Source: an uncultured virus (IMG/VR IMGVR_UViG_3300025098_000001)
Taxonomy: Duplodnaviria; Heunggongvirae; Uroviricota; Caudoviricetes
Length of the DNA stretch: 64,000 bases
IMG/VR virus record: IMGVR_UViG_3300025098_000001
Direction: 5' to 3' (one strand)
Part shown: piece after piece, positions 10,985 to 21,198 of the stretch
How the letters are laid out: each line of letters starts with the position of its first letter
Numbering within the stretch: the first letter of the stretch is position 1
The notes under the pieces: model-generated
Databases searched by the model: none
What the model was told of the DNA's origin: nothing
The model's input: the letters and a program-made list of their open reading frames with translations, nothing else
Position numbers and translations under genes: made by a program

Positions 10985-11578
10985 TTACAAACTGTTGGCG
11001 AATCTTTTCATAGTCACATTTATTCTATATCCAAATATTCTTGATTTTTTGTCATTAGCGTCAGTTCGGCTTCCAAGTATAAGATGTTTAATGTTTTCTT
11101 CTAAACTTCCTGCACTTCGGAACCAGCCCCTCCGGTTTGTTTCAATGATGTATCGCACTATCTTATAAAGGTTTTCTATTCTATCTCTACCAAAAGTAGA
11201 ACCCGAAGGCGCAACTCTCGCATTATCATTAGTTCGTCTATCGTCTTGTTTTGTTCTAATCGTAATTGACATTTCGTGAGTTTCGTTTCTTACAGACCAA
11301 TCACGAGTAGGATATTCAATGGTTTGAGAGTTTTGCATTACTGCAATAACATCTAAAGAAGGTGTAGAATTATCTCCAGCAGTTTCTCGTGCGGCACTAA
11401 TTCTTACTCTATTACCACCTCTTCCCGGTTTTGAATCATTACGAGTAGAACTCATATCTCGTATATCCATAATCTGTGGTTTAACTCTATGAATTGCGGG
11501 GATAGCACTACCTAATGCGGCTAAAGCAGTTTCCCAATATTCATCAAGCAATGTGACTAAATATGTGACTTCATCCAC
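10985..11578 (-). CDS. Putative tail completion/terminator protein
   Basis: Directly upstream of the tube gene; size and position. Confidence 0.45.
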   Translation of the reverse strand: MDEVTYLVTLLDEYWETALAALGSAIPAIHRVKPQIMDIRDMSSTRNDSKPGRGGNRVRISAARETAGDNSTPSLDVIAVMQNSQTIEYPTRDWSVRNETHEMSITIRTKQDDRRTNDNARVAPSGSTFGRDRIENLYKIVRYIIETNRRGWFRSAGSLEENIKHLILGSRTDANDKKSRIFGYRINVTMKRFANSL

Positions 11579-12341
11579 GGTTTCTTCGCCTCCTTAATTC
11601 TTCTTCTGTTCTTAATTCTACATAGTCTTCAGGATTCATAAATATTCCTCTTGCCCCTTCATCGTCTTGTAGATTGTATAAATGGTCATAGTAAGTATCA
11701 ATATCCGTAATATATAACTCGGATAAAGTTTCCCAATCTATTTCTGTATTTCCTTCTTTTATATCATCTATGGTTTCTTGTATAACTATTTCTATTGGTT
11801 GCACTTTACCTTCAAATGATTCTAAAATTCTCATAGCCTCATCAACAGTTCCTTCAATAACTGATTTTTCACTTGTAGAACCCGCATATTCTATAACTAT
11901 AAAATTATAAATAGCAGTTGCATATGTCTTTATTGCCTCGGTTCTTTTTTGGTAATTAGAATCAATAGTCAAGAAAAATTCAAGTATGGCATCTAAAAAT
12001 AAATCTATATCTCCAACAGTTGATTTTAAATCATGTTCTTTAATTATTGATTCATCAAATTGAGTATTAAACGCTAAGGCAAAATACGAGTTATCATAAA
12101 TCCAATAATCGTTTTCTATTCTTAAAATATTATTATCATAGTCGCTTTTTCTTATTTCAAATAATTTTTTGGCAATAGGAAAGTTGTCTAATAATCTACG
12201 CGGTTTTATATTAGAATAGGAAGAAGAAATAAGTTTTGGGTGTAATTTTATTCTATCTATTGGTGGGATTTTCGGCGGTTCAAAATCATCCGATAGTGGA
12301 TTATCCTTCGGTTCTATTTTAAGAATATCCCACCACTTCAT
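11571..12341 (-). CDS. Acidic hypothetical protein with WxxILK leader
   Basis: Starts MKWWDILK. Confidence 0.7.
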   Translation of the reverse strand: MKWWDILKIEPKDNPLSDDFEPPKIPPIDRIKLHPKLISSSYSNIKPRRLLDNFPIAKKLFEIRKSDYDNNILRIENDYWIYDNSYFALAFNTQFDESIIKEHDLKSTVGDIDLFLDAILEFFLTIDSNYQKRTEAIKTYATAIYNFIVIEYAGSTSEKSVIEGTVDEAMRILESFEGKVQPIEIVIQETIDDIKEGNTEIDWETLSELYITDIDTYYDHLYNLQDDEGARGIFMNPEDYVELRTEEELRRRRNRG

Positions 12342-12544
12342 TCAAACGCCTCCTCAATTCTTCTTTGAATAACTTGAACAACTTCTTGCTCGATAACCTG
12401 TTCCATTATCTCGTCGCTCATTTTCTCACCCAAAGTTCTTTCAGTGTAATCCTGTATATCCTCATTTTGCTGAACAACAGTTTCTAAAATACTTTCCATA
12501 TCAAGTTGAACTAAACGCATTTTTTCTAAAATTTTACGGAACAT
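12338..12544 (-). CDS. Small helical hypothetical protein (68 aa)
   Basis: ATG at 12544 (MFRKILEKM) overlapping the upstream stop; preferred over the longer track start. Confidence 0.6.
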   Translation of the reverse strand: MFRKILEKMRLVQLDMESILETVVQQNEDIQDYTERTLGEKMSDEIMEQVIEQEVVQVIQRRIEEAFE

Positions 12545-13808
12545 CTTTACGACCCCGCTTTCCTCTTTGAGGTTTAATGTTTGACATAGAAGTTTTTTTT
12601 CTTTTTCTTTCAGCAAGTAAATCTTTTAATTTATCTGCCTTTTCTTTTGCCTTAGCACCTAATTTAGCCGCTTCTTCTAAATTTAAATTCCTCGATTCTT
12701 GTTCTTCAGGTGGTTTTTCTTTAGGAACCAACATCGCCCTTTCTCTATCCCAGTAAGAATCAGGATTAGCGGCTTCTAATTGACGAATATTTTCTTCTTC
12801 TGTAAGTTCGCCTTCTTCTTTTTCCCTTAAATCATATTCTCTTTTTTCTTCAACATAAAATTCTTCTACTAAGTCTATAACTCGTTCTCTTAATTGGGCT
12901 TCAGTTTGTATTACCTCATCGTCAAATATTTGAACATTACCTTCAATTGTGGTAAAGTAATAGTCTCCTTCTTCTTCTACAAAATTAATAAAGATATATC
13001 TTCTATCTGTTTGTAAAGACCTAAAAGAAACATTGAGAGTAGCCTTATTATCTACAAAATCCCCATCAACTATTCTTACTGATGATTTACGACCATAAAT
13101 ATCTCTTGGGACAATGGTATTAAGACCTGCTCTTAAATCCCTTTTAAATGTCTCCCAATCTTTAAGTTTTAATCTGTCTCCTCTTCGAGTGCGAATTTTC
13201 TCAATGTCTATATCATCAGAATTTAGATTTCTTTTAACCATTGTGTCTATATTTCTTATATATTGTTGTGGAAAATATCCTCTATTTATAAAAGAACGCA
13301 TAAGCCTTTTATGTTTATACGATTTTGGTGCAGGTCTATCCGGTTCTAAAATTTTATATTCTTTTATATATTCCTCATAAATACTTTCTATTACATCATC
13401 TATGTCATATACATCTTGGTAGCCCGTTTTTTCCACATGTTCAAGAAGCAATCTTCTAAAAATGTCTCCTTTAACCTTTGGCTTTGATTTTTCAAGATTA
13501 TTTCGTTGGTCTAATTTAATCATTTTTTTACTTTGTTTACCGTCTATTATTCTTTCATATCCTTCAGGAAAATATTTACCAAAAAACCTTGTTAATTTTC
13601 TTTTCATAATTCTTAAATTCGATAACCCGGCATCCGGAAATTGTGCTTTATGCCTTGTTCTATATTCACTATATATACTATCTACTACATCTTCAATTAT
13701 ATATTCATTTTGATAATCCGTTTCTTCTACATATTCAAGAAGTAAATTTCTAATAATACTTCCTTTAAGTTTGGCTGTCTGCGTAGATTTGAGAATATCC
13801 GACCACAT
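12534..13808 (-). CDS. Hypothetical protein with WxxILK leader and tandem internal domain duplication
   Basis: GGTGA SD then ATG 13808 (MWSDILKS); two similar units (KGSIIRNLLLEYVE..YFP / KGDIFRRLLLEHVE..YFP). Confidence 0.75.
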   Translation of the reverse strand: MWSDILKSTQTAKLKGSIIRNLLLEYVEETDYQNEYIIEDVVDSIYSEYRTRHKAQFPDAGLSNLRIMKRKLTRFFGKYFPEGYERIIDGKQSKKMIKLDQRNNLEKSKPKVKGDIFRRLLLEHVEKTGYQDVYDIDDVIESIYEEYIKEYKILEPDRPAPKSYKHKRLMRSFINRGYFPQQYIRNIDTMVKRNLNSDDIDIEKIRTRRGDRLKLKDWETFKRDLRAGLNTIVPRDIYGRKSSVRIVDGDFVDNKATLNVSFRSLQTDRRYIFINFVEEEGDYYFTTIEGNVQIFDDEVIQTEAQLRERVIDLVEEFYVEEKREYDLREKEEGELTEEENIRQLEAANPDSYWDRERAMLVPKEKPPEEQESRNLNLEEAAKLGAKAKEKADKLKDLLAERKRKKTSMSNIKPQRGKRGRKDVP

Positions 13809-13813
13809 TTTAA

Positions 13814-14089
13814 TCACCAATCCTTACAAGCCATACAACGGGCTGAATAATCCGAACCTGTGCAAGTGCTACATTTATGCCTTGCGTTAAAGGATTTTTT
13901 ACGCTTAGTATTTCCACTCTTTCCCGTGACCTTAACTCCTGCTTGACCCCAATGAACTCTCTTGTATTTTCCCTTTTTACCTGCGGGAACACAAGCCATC
14001 CATTTCTTGCCTTTTCGATTAGAAGATGTTTTGCCTGTTCTTTTAGTGCATCTACCAGACTTTCTTTTTAGAATATCTTCCCATCCCAT
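13814..14089 (-). CDS. Small basic Cys/His protein with WxxILK leader
   Basis: GGAGTGA SD, ATG 14089 (MGWEDILK); VHWGQ..RKKSFNARHKC..ARCMACKDW module. Confidence 0.75.
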   Translation of the reverse strand: MGWEDILKRKSGRCTKRTGKTSSNRKGKKWMACVPAGKKGKYKRVHWGQAGVKVTGKSGNTKRKKSFNARHKCSTCTGSDYSARCMACKDW

Positions 14090-14093
14090 AAAA

Positions 14094-14951
14094 TCACTCC
14101 GTTCCCTCGTATAAATAATAGTCACCAAACTCGTGTTCTGCCAACCAATTATCATGGTCTATTGCATCACTAATAACATACTTTAATGTTTTTTCTTTAA
14201 ACCCGTCTATTTTATTTCCTGCATCAATAAAGTTTTGCATTCCTGCCGCACCGCCTTCATCTTTCAATACCTTTTTAATAAATTTAACATAAGCATTATA
14301 TTGTGCGTTTCTTACAGCAGGAACTTTAGCCTTAGTGACTTCTTTACCATCGCAACCACAACCGCAACCAGAATCCATATCTTCTATATCATCATCATCT
14401 TCAATAACTATGTTTGTCTTAATACCGGGAAATCTTCTATTAAACTCTTTTATATCTTCTTTGTTTTTTGGCTGTTTTCCTTCAGGAGTTTGCATTAAAA
14501 TATGTTTAATTTTGTCCGAAAGAGTAGGGTTATTTTCAAACTCGTTATCGGCTACAACTTCTTCTATGTCTTCTTCCATTTGCGAACTTATTTTATTAGG
14601 TTTTACTTTACCGTAATCCTTTGCTTTGATAATTTCATATGTGGTTACTTTAGATACTCTACCAAGTTCTCCAAGTTTTCCATCTCTAACTAATTTATTA
14701 ATTACAGGTTTGATTTGACCTGTAAATTTATGACTAAGAAATTGAGCAAAACCCGCTAATCTTCCGTCTTCAACCTCGGACCACTCATTTCTCATGTATT
14801 GAATAATTTTTTTTCTATCTCCTTCAATATCACGAATAGTCACTCTTTCCAATGGGCTATTTTCTATATAATTACTAATACCCTCATATACTTTTTGTCT
14901 GTATATAGGGTAATTTACTCTACTACTTCCCTTTAATATTTCTTCCCACAT
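14094..14951 (-). CDS. Multi-domain hypothetical protein with WxxILK leader
   Basis: ATG 14951 (MWEEILKG); GCGCGC segment; IIKA and VTKA linkers. Confidence 0.7.
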   Translation of the reverse strand: MWEEILKGSSRVNYPIYRQKVYEGISNYIENSPLERVTIRDIEGDRKKIIQYMRNEWSEVEDGRLAGFAQFLSHKFTGQIKPVINKLVRDGKLGELGRVSKVTTYEIIKAKDYGKVKPNKISSQMEEDIEEVVADNEFENNPTLSDKIKHILMQTPEGKQPKNKEDIKEFNRRFPGIKTNIVIEDDDDIEDMDSGCGCGCDGKEVTKAKVPAVRNAQYNAYVKFIKKVLKDEGGAAGMQNFIDAGNKIDGFKEKTLKYVISDAIDHDNWLAEHEFGDYYLYEGTE

Positions 14952-14952
14952 A

Positions 14953-16041
14953 TCAATCACTATCCAAATAATAAACCACTCGGCGTTTCATGCGTAAAAT
15001 TTTGTCCACATCTGCTTTATAGGAATCGTATTTACTTTTTAAATCTATACCATTACTAGAATCATTTCCTAATAATACATAAGAATCATCACTTGTAATA
15101 AGTTCACAAGCAGTAAGTTTTGTAGCCGCATCTTCAATAATGGCAGGAATGCGAGTCTGCCCACATGTATATGTGATTTTTACTGAATGCTTATGGTGTG
15201 TAGGAAACTCGCTACGGAAAAAAATATCTCCCGTATCTTTCATATCCCACCATGCCGCATTACGGTCATAGTCTTCTTTATTTGTAAATTGAGTGCGAGA
15301 ATTAGTTCCCCCATTAACTGCGAGTGTGCAATTAGAACCATCCGAACCGGGGAGTAAAGAAACAATTGTAATCGTTTCGTCTTCTTCTAAATTAGCATAA
15401 AAGAAATCGGATATATTATATGTGTCGGTTCCATCTTGTAAAACCTTTTTACCAGTTCCACCTGTAAAAGGTGCGGTAATAGTAGGCACTTGTTCATTGA
15501 TAAGATAGCAAATTTCCTGTGCAGTAGTTCTTTGCCCGTAAGCCTTGTTAAACTTATCATTATCGGTTATTCCGGAACTGTCCGGAGATAGGGTCCAAGT
15601 TAATCCCCCACCTGTAAGAACGATAGATGTAAGATTGGTGTAATCATCTATTGTTAATGTTGCTACTACGGATGCTATGTCTGTATATGTCGAGCCATCC
15701 CAAATAGCAATTCGTAAAATTTTACGAGTATTTTCGTGATGAAGTCTAATCTTCCCGATGTAGTCTTCGTAAAAATAATTATAATTATTACTTCTCATAA
15801 AGTCGTGAAATTCGTTTTCCACTAAATTATCTCTCCATGAAGCATTTGTAAATTCGTCAATAAAATCTTCGGACCTTCTCATCAAATCTCCGACTTCGGA
15901 TAAAGTAGGAGAAGTAGAGGAGGAAAAATCTGCAATACCTAATAGTGCGGCTACCTTTACAGCAGTTGTATAAGCACCGTTACCTAATGTGTAATTAACT
16001 ACATTTAGACCGGAATCCGAAGGTGTCATCATCTTAACCAT
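14953..16041 (-). CDS. Head-tail adaptor/connector protein with insertion
   Basis: N-terminal YTT..VAALL..MRRSEDFID and C-terminal ITYTCG..IPAIIEDAATKL pattern of head-tail adaptors; between capsid and tail genes. Confidence 0.65.
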   Translation of the reverse strand: MVKMMTPSDSGLNVVNYTLGNGAYTTAVKVAALLGIADFSSSTSPTLSEVGDLMRRSEDFIDEFTNASWRDNLVENEFHDFMRSNNYNYFYEDYIGKIRLHHENTRKILRIAIWDGSTYTDIASVVATLTIDDYTNLTSIVLTGGGLTWTLSPDSSGITDNDKFNKAYGQRTTAQEICYLINEQVPTITAPFTGGTGKKVLQDGTDTYNISDFFYANLEEDETITIVSLLPGSDGSNCTLAVNGGTNSRTQFTNKEDYDRNAAWWDMKDTGDIFFRSEFPTHHKHSVKITYTCGQTRIPAIIEDAATKLTACELITSDDSYVLLGNDSSNGIDLKSKYDSYKADVDKILRMKRRVVYYLDSD

Positions 16042-18764
16042 TAAATCACCATCTCCAACTGTTGTAGTCTTTCTACTATCTTATCTATAAACTCTTTCCT
16101 GTTCCTGTCTATTCCGAACCCGTTTTCTTTAATTTCTCTTCCGAGTGCGGTCATACTTTTTTGCCCACCTCTTCTATCAATAGAAGCGGCGGCTTGTTGT
16201 TTTCGATTAGTAAATTGTATTCTTGAAGTGTCCGATAATACAGGTTTAATTTGAAATTCTTGATTATAAATTATTTCGGCTCGGTGGTCCGAATTACCGC
16301 TATCCGATACTGTAATAATAAATCTAAATTGTATTTTACCTGCCGAAGTATATTTTGCCATCTGTGTCCATCGCTTAGGGTTTGTTTCTTTATTTGTAAT
16401 TATGTTTGTAAATATATCGACTAATTTATGCGTCTGCATTATATCATCTTTAATAAATGATTCAACAAGTTTTTCTTTACCTTCTTCTAATTTAGATTCA
16501 CCGAGACTGTAATATTCTTCAAGTCTTTGTAGAACTGCTGGTCTGTTTAACTCGTTTAACTCTTTGCCATCTAAAACATTTACATATGTTTCTTTAAATG
16601 GTAGACCTGCGGGTGTAGCCAAAAATTCATCCATAGAGGTTTGTATATCTTCCATAGAATCTTCTACGGGTCTATAATTATTTAACTTTCTAAATGTTTT
16701 TTCATAAGCGTCTAAGAAATTTCTAAATGTTTTAATGGCAGTATTGGTTTGAATGTCTAATCTATTTTCCTGTGTTTCAGGTTCTACTTTAATTTCTTCT
16801 CCCCTTTTATCTGCTTCTTTATCGCTTCTAATTTGTTCTTCATCTGCCTCTCTCACATTTTCTGTGTGGTCGTTAAATGTGTTATTGACTGTTTTCATTA
16901 ATGTATTAAAAGGTCTTAATAATGTATTTAGGGTTTCCGATTCTTCACTATTATAAGTCTTTAATAAATTTAATAATTCATCTTCACTTAGTTCACCAAT
17001 GTAGTTTTCTAAATTACTAATAGTATCATCAATTTTTTCATCGTCAATATCACCCTCAGTCGAAACTAAATTATAATATCTTAAAATAACATCTTTATCA
17101 TCAAGTATAGAGTTTATAGAATCTTTAACATTGACAAATAATTTTTCATTAACTCCTGACGGCTTTAACATTTCTCTAATAACTTCAACAGAAAAACCTT
17201 CTTCTACTTCTTCAATATGTCTACCGGTATTTAAGTCTATTTTACCCCCAAAATTTCCGGGGCTTGAAATTTTTGCAACTGCTCTATCATTACCGGAAAC
17301 TCCTAAAAAGTCTTCATATAAGTTCCAATCTTGCTCTTCTGTAGTAACTGTGTAGACCTTACTTTTTTTATTAACTCTTACATCTATGGTAGAATTGTCA
17401 ATAAATTTATCCAATGTAGTAATAGGTGCTAATGCGTTTATAATATCATCCTTATCAACAGTTTCAATTATTTGAATATCTCTTTCAACTCTTGGATTGT
17501 CTGGGTCAAAGGTAGTTTTAGATTCAGGGTTCTGTTCAACCTTTCCATATTCCTCTACACTTTTAGGATTTTGTCTATTCCAAAATTTATCCGGTTCATC
17601 TCCTCTAAAATCTCTTTCAAAATTAGGCTTATCACCACTTAAATCTCCGGGTGTAACTCTTTCTCTTGTTCCTCTACGACCCGCAAGCATTTGTTTAGGC
17701 ATACCCGTTTCATCAACTTCATCAACTAAATCATTTAATTCTCGTGTTAATTCCTGTTCAATCTTAGCGGCTCCACCAAGAATTTTTTTCAATTCTTCTT
17801 CTGTAATACCTCTTACTTGAGGCTTTAAACCCTCTAATTTAACTAAACCATTTACAGCCTTTCTCATAAGGTTCTTCCATTTGCTTATACTTAATTCACG
17901 GATAACATCTAAAACTACTCCTACATCTTCCTCGGAAAGACTATCAATTCCTATGATATATTTTTTTCCGGGCTTTGGTAGTTGAAAATACACATTACCA
18001 CTTAGGTCGCTTTTTTCATCTACTGCAATTTCTGGCATATTGCTTTGAGACCAATTAGTAAATTCTCTACCAAAAGCATTATTTTCATTTTCAGTTAATT
18101 CTATTTTATTACCGATTAAATCTTTTATTCCCGTAGGATAATTCGCATTTAACATGCGTTCTGCTGCATCTCTATAATAGGTATTATAACCATCCTTTAT
18201 ACCAATGAGTAATTGTCTCATTTTCCAATTTTTTGCATCTTCGGTTTCAACAAGGTTTCCTATTTCATCCCTTAAGGGCCTACCCATTTCATCTTTCTTA
18301 CTAAATATTAAAGCCTTAACAGGCTTAACCATTCCCCCTGTTGAAATCGCTTGAGCAAAACCATATTGACCTATCGCTCTCATTACATTAGGATTTTCCA
18401 AATCCAGTGTTGTAAAGAAATTACGAGCCTTACCTTCTAAAGCATCTTGTAAAGTGAGGTCGCCTTCTGCACCCCTTAATGTTTTTCCAAGTGCTTCTTC
18501 TATTTGGTCTGCCTCAGTTTCATTATAGAAGTCAATAATTTTACTATTCTTTAATGATTCAAAGGCTTTACGATTAATACTATCAAAAGTATCATCGTCA
18601 TAACCTTGAAGACCTCTACTACCTGTATGGTCTGTTGATATAAAACCCGGAAGGTCTGCCTTACTTCTTAAGGTAATAAAATCTTCCATATACTCTTTAG
18701 CCAATTGAATATCCCATTGGCTGTTTAGTGTTAAATCTCGAAAGGCTGGAATATTTGTAGGAAT
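16041..18764 (-). CDS. Large acidic hypothetical (putative virion) protein
   Basis: 887-aa track ORF; the frame extends 20 codons upstream to an ATT 6 nt after a GAGGTG SD, so the start is uncertain (18764 ATT, 18704 TTG or a later ATG). Confidence 0.65.
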   Translation of the reverse strand: MPTNIPAFRDLTLNSQWDIQLAKEYMEDFITLRSKADLPGFISTDHTGSRGLQGYDDDTFDSINRKAFESLKNSKIIDFYNETEADQIEEALGKTLRGAEGDLTLQDALEGKARNFFTTLDLENPNVMRAIGQYGFAQAISTGGMVKPVKALIFSKKDEMGRPLRDEIGNLVETEDAKNWKMRQLLIGIKDGYNTYYRDAAERMLNANYPTGIKDLIGNKIELTENENNAFGREFTNWSQSNMPEIAVDEKSDLSGNVYFQLPKPGKKYIIGIDSLSEEDVGVVLDVIRELSISKWKNLMRKAVNGLVKLEGLKPQVRGITEEELKKILGGAAKIEQELTRELNDLVDEVDETGMPKQMLAGRRGTRERVTPGDLSGDKPNFERDFRGDEPDKFWNRQNPKSVEEYGKVEQNPESKTTFDPDNPRVERDIQIIETVDKDDIINALAPITTLDKFIDNSTIDVRVNKKSKVYTVTTEEQDWNLYEDFLGVSGNDRAVAKISSPGNFGGKIDLNTGRHIEEVEEGFSVEVIREMLKPSGVNEKLFVNVKDSINSILDDKDVILRYYNLVSTEGDIDDEKIDDTISNLENYIGELSEDELLNLLKTYNSEESETLNTLLRPFNTLMKTVNNTFNDHTENVREADEEQIRSDKEADKRGEEIKVEPETQENRLDIQTNTAIKTFRNFLDAYEKTFRKLNNYRPVEDSMEDIQTSMDEFLATPAGLPFKETYVNVLDGKELNELNRPAVLQRLEEYYSLGESKLEEGKEKLVESFIKDDIMQTHKLVDIFTNIITNKETNPKRWTQMAKYTSAGKIQFRFIITVSDSGNSDHRAEIIYNQEFQIKPVLSDTSRIQFTNRKQQAAASIDRRGGQKSMTALGREIKENGFGIDRNRKEFIDKIVERLQQLEMVI

Positions 18765-18774
18765 TTACACCACC

Positions 18775-19248
18775 TCAATTGTGTAGTGTAAAGACTTCTA
18801 AATTAGACCAATCAGTTGCTACAACTTTAATACCATTTCTACATACAAGGCCAAAACCTCGGTAAAAATATGTTGTATCTGCGGCTACATGAAATTTACA
18901 CAAAGTATTTTCTAATCGTTCAAATTCTAAATCCCCAGTTTTACTTCCACCCGTAGTGGCATTAGTAAGTTCGATAGTAGTATCATTGGTAATAGAAGCA
19001 ATTTTTGTATCTACTGGTATTCCATCCCCTGTAACTAAATCTCCAACTTTTAATAATGAAGAATCATCAACTGTAACTGTCGGGTCGTTATTATATGTGG
19101 CCGGAAATAATTCCGTTACTGCTATGTTGTCACAAATATAAACAACGGATGCCGTAGCACCATTAAAAATATTTACCCCTTCAAAACTACCTCCTGTGGA
19201 AGCAATTATTTGAGTTCTAGTATCGGTTTTGGTTGAATTATTTGGCAT
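18775..19248 (-). CDS. Putative minor structural protein
   Basis: T-rich beta protein (LKVGDLVTGDGIPVDTKIASI) in the capsid cluster; GAGGAG SD. Confidence 0.55.
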   Translation of the reverse strand: MPNNSTKTDTRTQIIASTGGSFEGVNIFNGATASVVYICDNIAVTELFPATYNNDPTVTVDDSSLLKVGDLVTGDGIPVDTKIASITNDTTIELTNATTGGSKTGDLEFERLENTLCKFHVAADTTYFYRGFGLVCRNGIKVVATDWSNLEVFTLHN

Positions 19249-19293
19249 AGTATCTCCTCTTATTTATCGTTAAGAAGCATTAGGTATTAAACC

Positions 19294-19614
19294 TTACTCT
19301 TCTTCTGTCACAGTTAAACTAAGTAAAGACGCTTTACTGTCGGATAATTTATAAGAAATACCTTGTTCCTTTAACCAAGCCTGTAATTCACGCTTAGTCA
19401 TAGAAGAGAAATCAAGGACTTCCGTTTCATCGACTTCTTCAACAACGGTTTCTTCAACCGGTGCTGATTCTGCCTCAACGGAGTCCAAGATTTCAAATTT
19501 ATTCTTAACAAAAAATTCCAACAAACGCTCATCAACTTCGTATGTGCAACCACCTAAGTATTGCACACCAAAGATTGTTTTAGTTCCGCCTGTGATATTT
19601 TTTACTCTTAACAT
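19294..19614 (-). CDS. Head-associated protein with C-terminal HeH/SAP/Rho-N-like motif
   Basis: DFSSMTKRELQAWLKEQGISY..KASLLSL after an acidic linker; this type of gene is common downstream of MCPs. Confidence 0.6.
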   Translation of the reverse strand: MLRVKNITGGTKTIFGVQYLGGCTYEVDERLLEFFVKNKFEILDSVEAESAPVEETVVEEVDETEVLDFSSMTKRELQAWLKEQGISYKLSDSKASLLSLTVTEEE

Positions 19615-19623
19615 GGGTTCACC

Positions 19624-19980
19624 TCAAAGTGTTCCCCAAACTCGTAGTCTTACCATTCCTAAATCAGTAAGTCCATCTACCCCTAATTCCATAGCATCGG
19701 TAGACCCGTTAGGGTTTATTACTAAAAGGGTAATACTACTACTACTTGTATATGTTCCGTCAGTATCAACTTTAATCTTAGGAACATATAGGTTTGATTC
19801 ATAGCCACAAATCATAGCCTGTGTAATACTACTTAATCCCAAAGATGCGGCTGTAATAACTTCTCCCGCAACTGCATAATCAGTAATATTTAGTGTAGCG
19901 TCAACGCAATAATGGTGTCCCATAACCGTAGGTGAACTTTGTCCATGATGGTCGTTTAATAGTGCTAATGTGCTTACCAT
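19624..19980 (-). CDS. Putative capsid decoration/minor capsid protein
   Basis: Immediately downstream of MCP; GAGGTGA SD; beta-rich. Confidence 0.45.
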   Translation of the reverse strand: MVSTLALLNDHHGQSSPTVMGHHYCVDATLNITDYAVAGEVITAASLGLSSITQAMICGYESNLYVPKIKVDTDGTYTSSSSITLLVINPNGSTDAMELGVDGLTDLGMVRLRVWGTL

Positions 19981-19991
19981 ACTAAATCACC

Positions 19992-21197
19992 TCATTGAAG
20001 GTCAATTAACTTGCCTTGTCCACGCACATAAGTACACATTGTTTCACCGATAGTTCGGTAAAGTCCACGGTGTCCTAATTTTCCATGACCGAAAACTTCC
20101 TTAGTGTTCATACCTGCTTCAAAGTATTCAGTAGGCTTCATAGTACACATAAACAAATGGTCGGTGTCAAGAAGTAGAATATCGGAAAGACCGCTTCCAC
20201 CTGTTGGCATATCCTTACAAGGAATGATAGGAATGTCGTGATAGGTAGCAACCTTAAATCCGACTTCTCTTCCCTTAACTCCCTTAATACCACTGTGAGA
20301 AGGAACAACTTCTGTTCGACCCATGAATCTTTCTTGGGCTTGGAGAAGTTCTCCTAATGCTTGAATGGTGTCGTATCCAGTAAGGAAAACCTTTGGTTGT
20401 CCACCACGAGCCATCAAATTTCGCAAAGCAGTATTAAGCATATTAACAGTCAAGTTACGAGCAGTTCCCGAATTTGAATCAACATATGCTTCAAGGAATT
20501 CTGTTCCCGACGAAGCACGAGTTTGTCCAAAAATAGTCAATGGGTTTGCAAGATTACTTACTCCATTCAATTCTGCGTAAGTTGAAATAATTTGGTAAAG
20601 TGAAGTCAAAGAATTACCCTCAGTAGTATAACCCGAAGCAGTAAGTCCTGATGAAGTTAGGTCAGTAAGAACCATCTTGTTCATTGCTTCTGCGTGTGAA
20701 ATACCAACTTCTTCTCGGTAAGTAGACATAATATCTCCAATACCGTCATCCATTCCGCCAAGAAGTTGAGCAACTTCCGAAAGTTCGAAAGTGTGTGCAA
20801 TAGTCTTAGGCGAAAGGTGAAGATTAGCAAAGGTTGGGTTAATTGCAGAAATACCTGAAATACTTGCGTTTTCTGCTGTGCCCCCAAGGTCGTCTAAATC
20901 CGAAACCACGAAAGTATCAAGATTACCACCAAGAGAACGACCCTTCAAAACTCTCCAACCACTTGACTTCCACGGCTTCTTAGGAAGCATTGAAAGTGCG
21001 TTAATTTCTCGGTTAATCATAGACCAAACTTTTTGTCCATAAACCAAGTTATACAAAGTAGCATCTCCACCGGAAAGTGCGCCATCGTGAGCCACATGAA
21101 TACCCGATGTGACTGCTTTCATTAAGTTATCACTTCCACCGGATAGTCCGTAAGTCGCTCGCTCTAAGTCTTCAATTGTTCTAAAATATCCTGTCAT
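19992..21197 (-). CDS. Major capsid protein (HK97 fold)
   Basis: Follows protease-scaffold; GAGGTG SD, ATG 21197 (MTGYFRTIEDLERATYG); YGQKVW..IN, LPKKPW..SGWRV, TYHDIPII, QGKLIDL resemble halo/magrovirus MCPs. Confidence 0.9.
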   Translation of the reverse strand: MTGYFRTIEDLERATYGLSGGSDNLMKAVTSGIHVAHDGALSGGDATLYNLVYGQKVWSMINREINALSMLPKKPWKSSGWRVLKGRSLGGNLDTFVVSDLDDLGGTAENASISGISAINPTFANLHLSPKTIAHTFELSEVAQLLGGMDDGIGDIMSTYREEVGISHAEAMNKMVLTDLTSSGLTASGYTTEGNSLTSLYQIISTYAELNGVSNLANPLTIFGQTRASSGTEFLEAYVDSNSGTARNLTVNMLNTALRNLMARGGQPKVFLTGYDTIQALGELLQAQERFMGRTEVVPSHSGIKGVKGREVGFKVATYHDIPIIPCKDMPTGGSGLSDILLLDTDHLFMCTMKPTEYFEAGMNTKEVFGHGKLGHRGLYRTIGETMCTYVRGQGKLIDLQ

Positions 21198-21198
21198 T

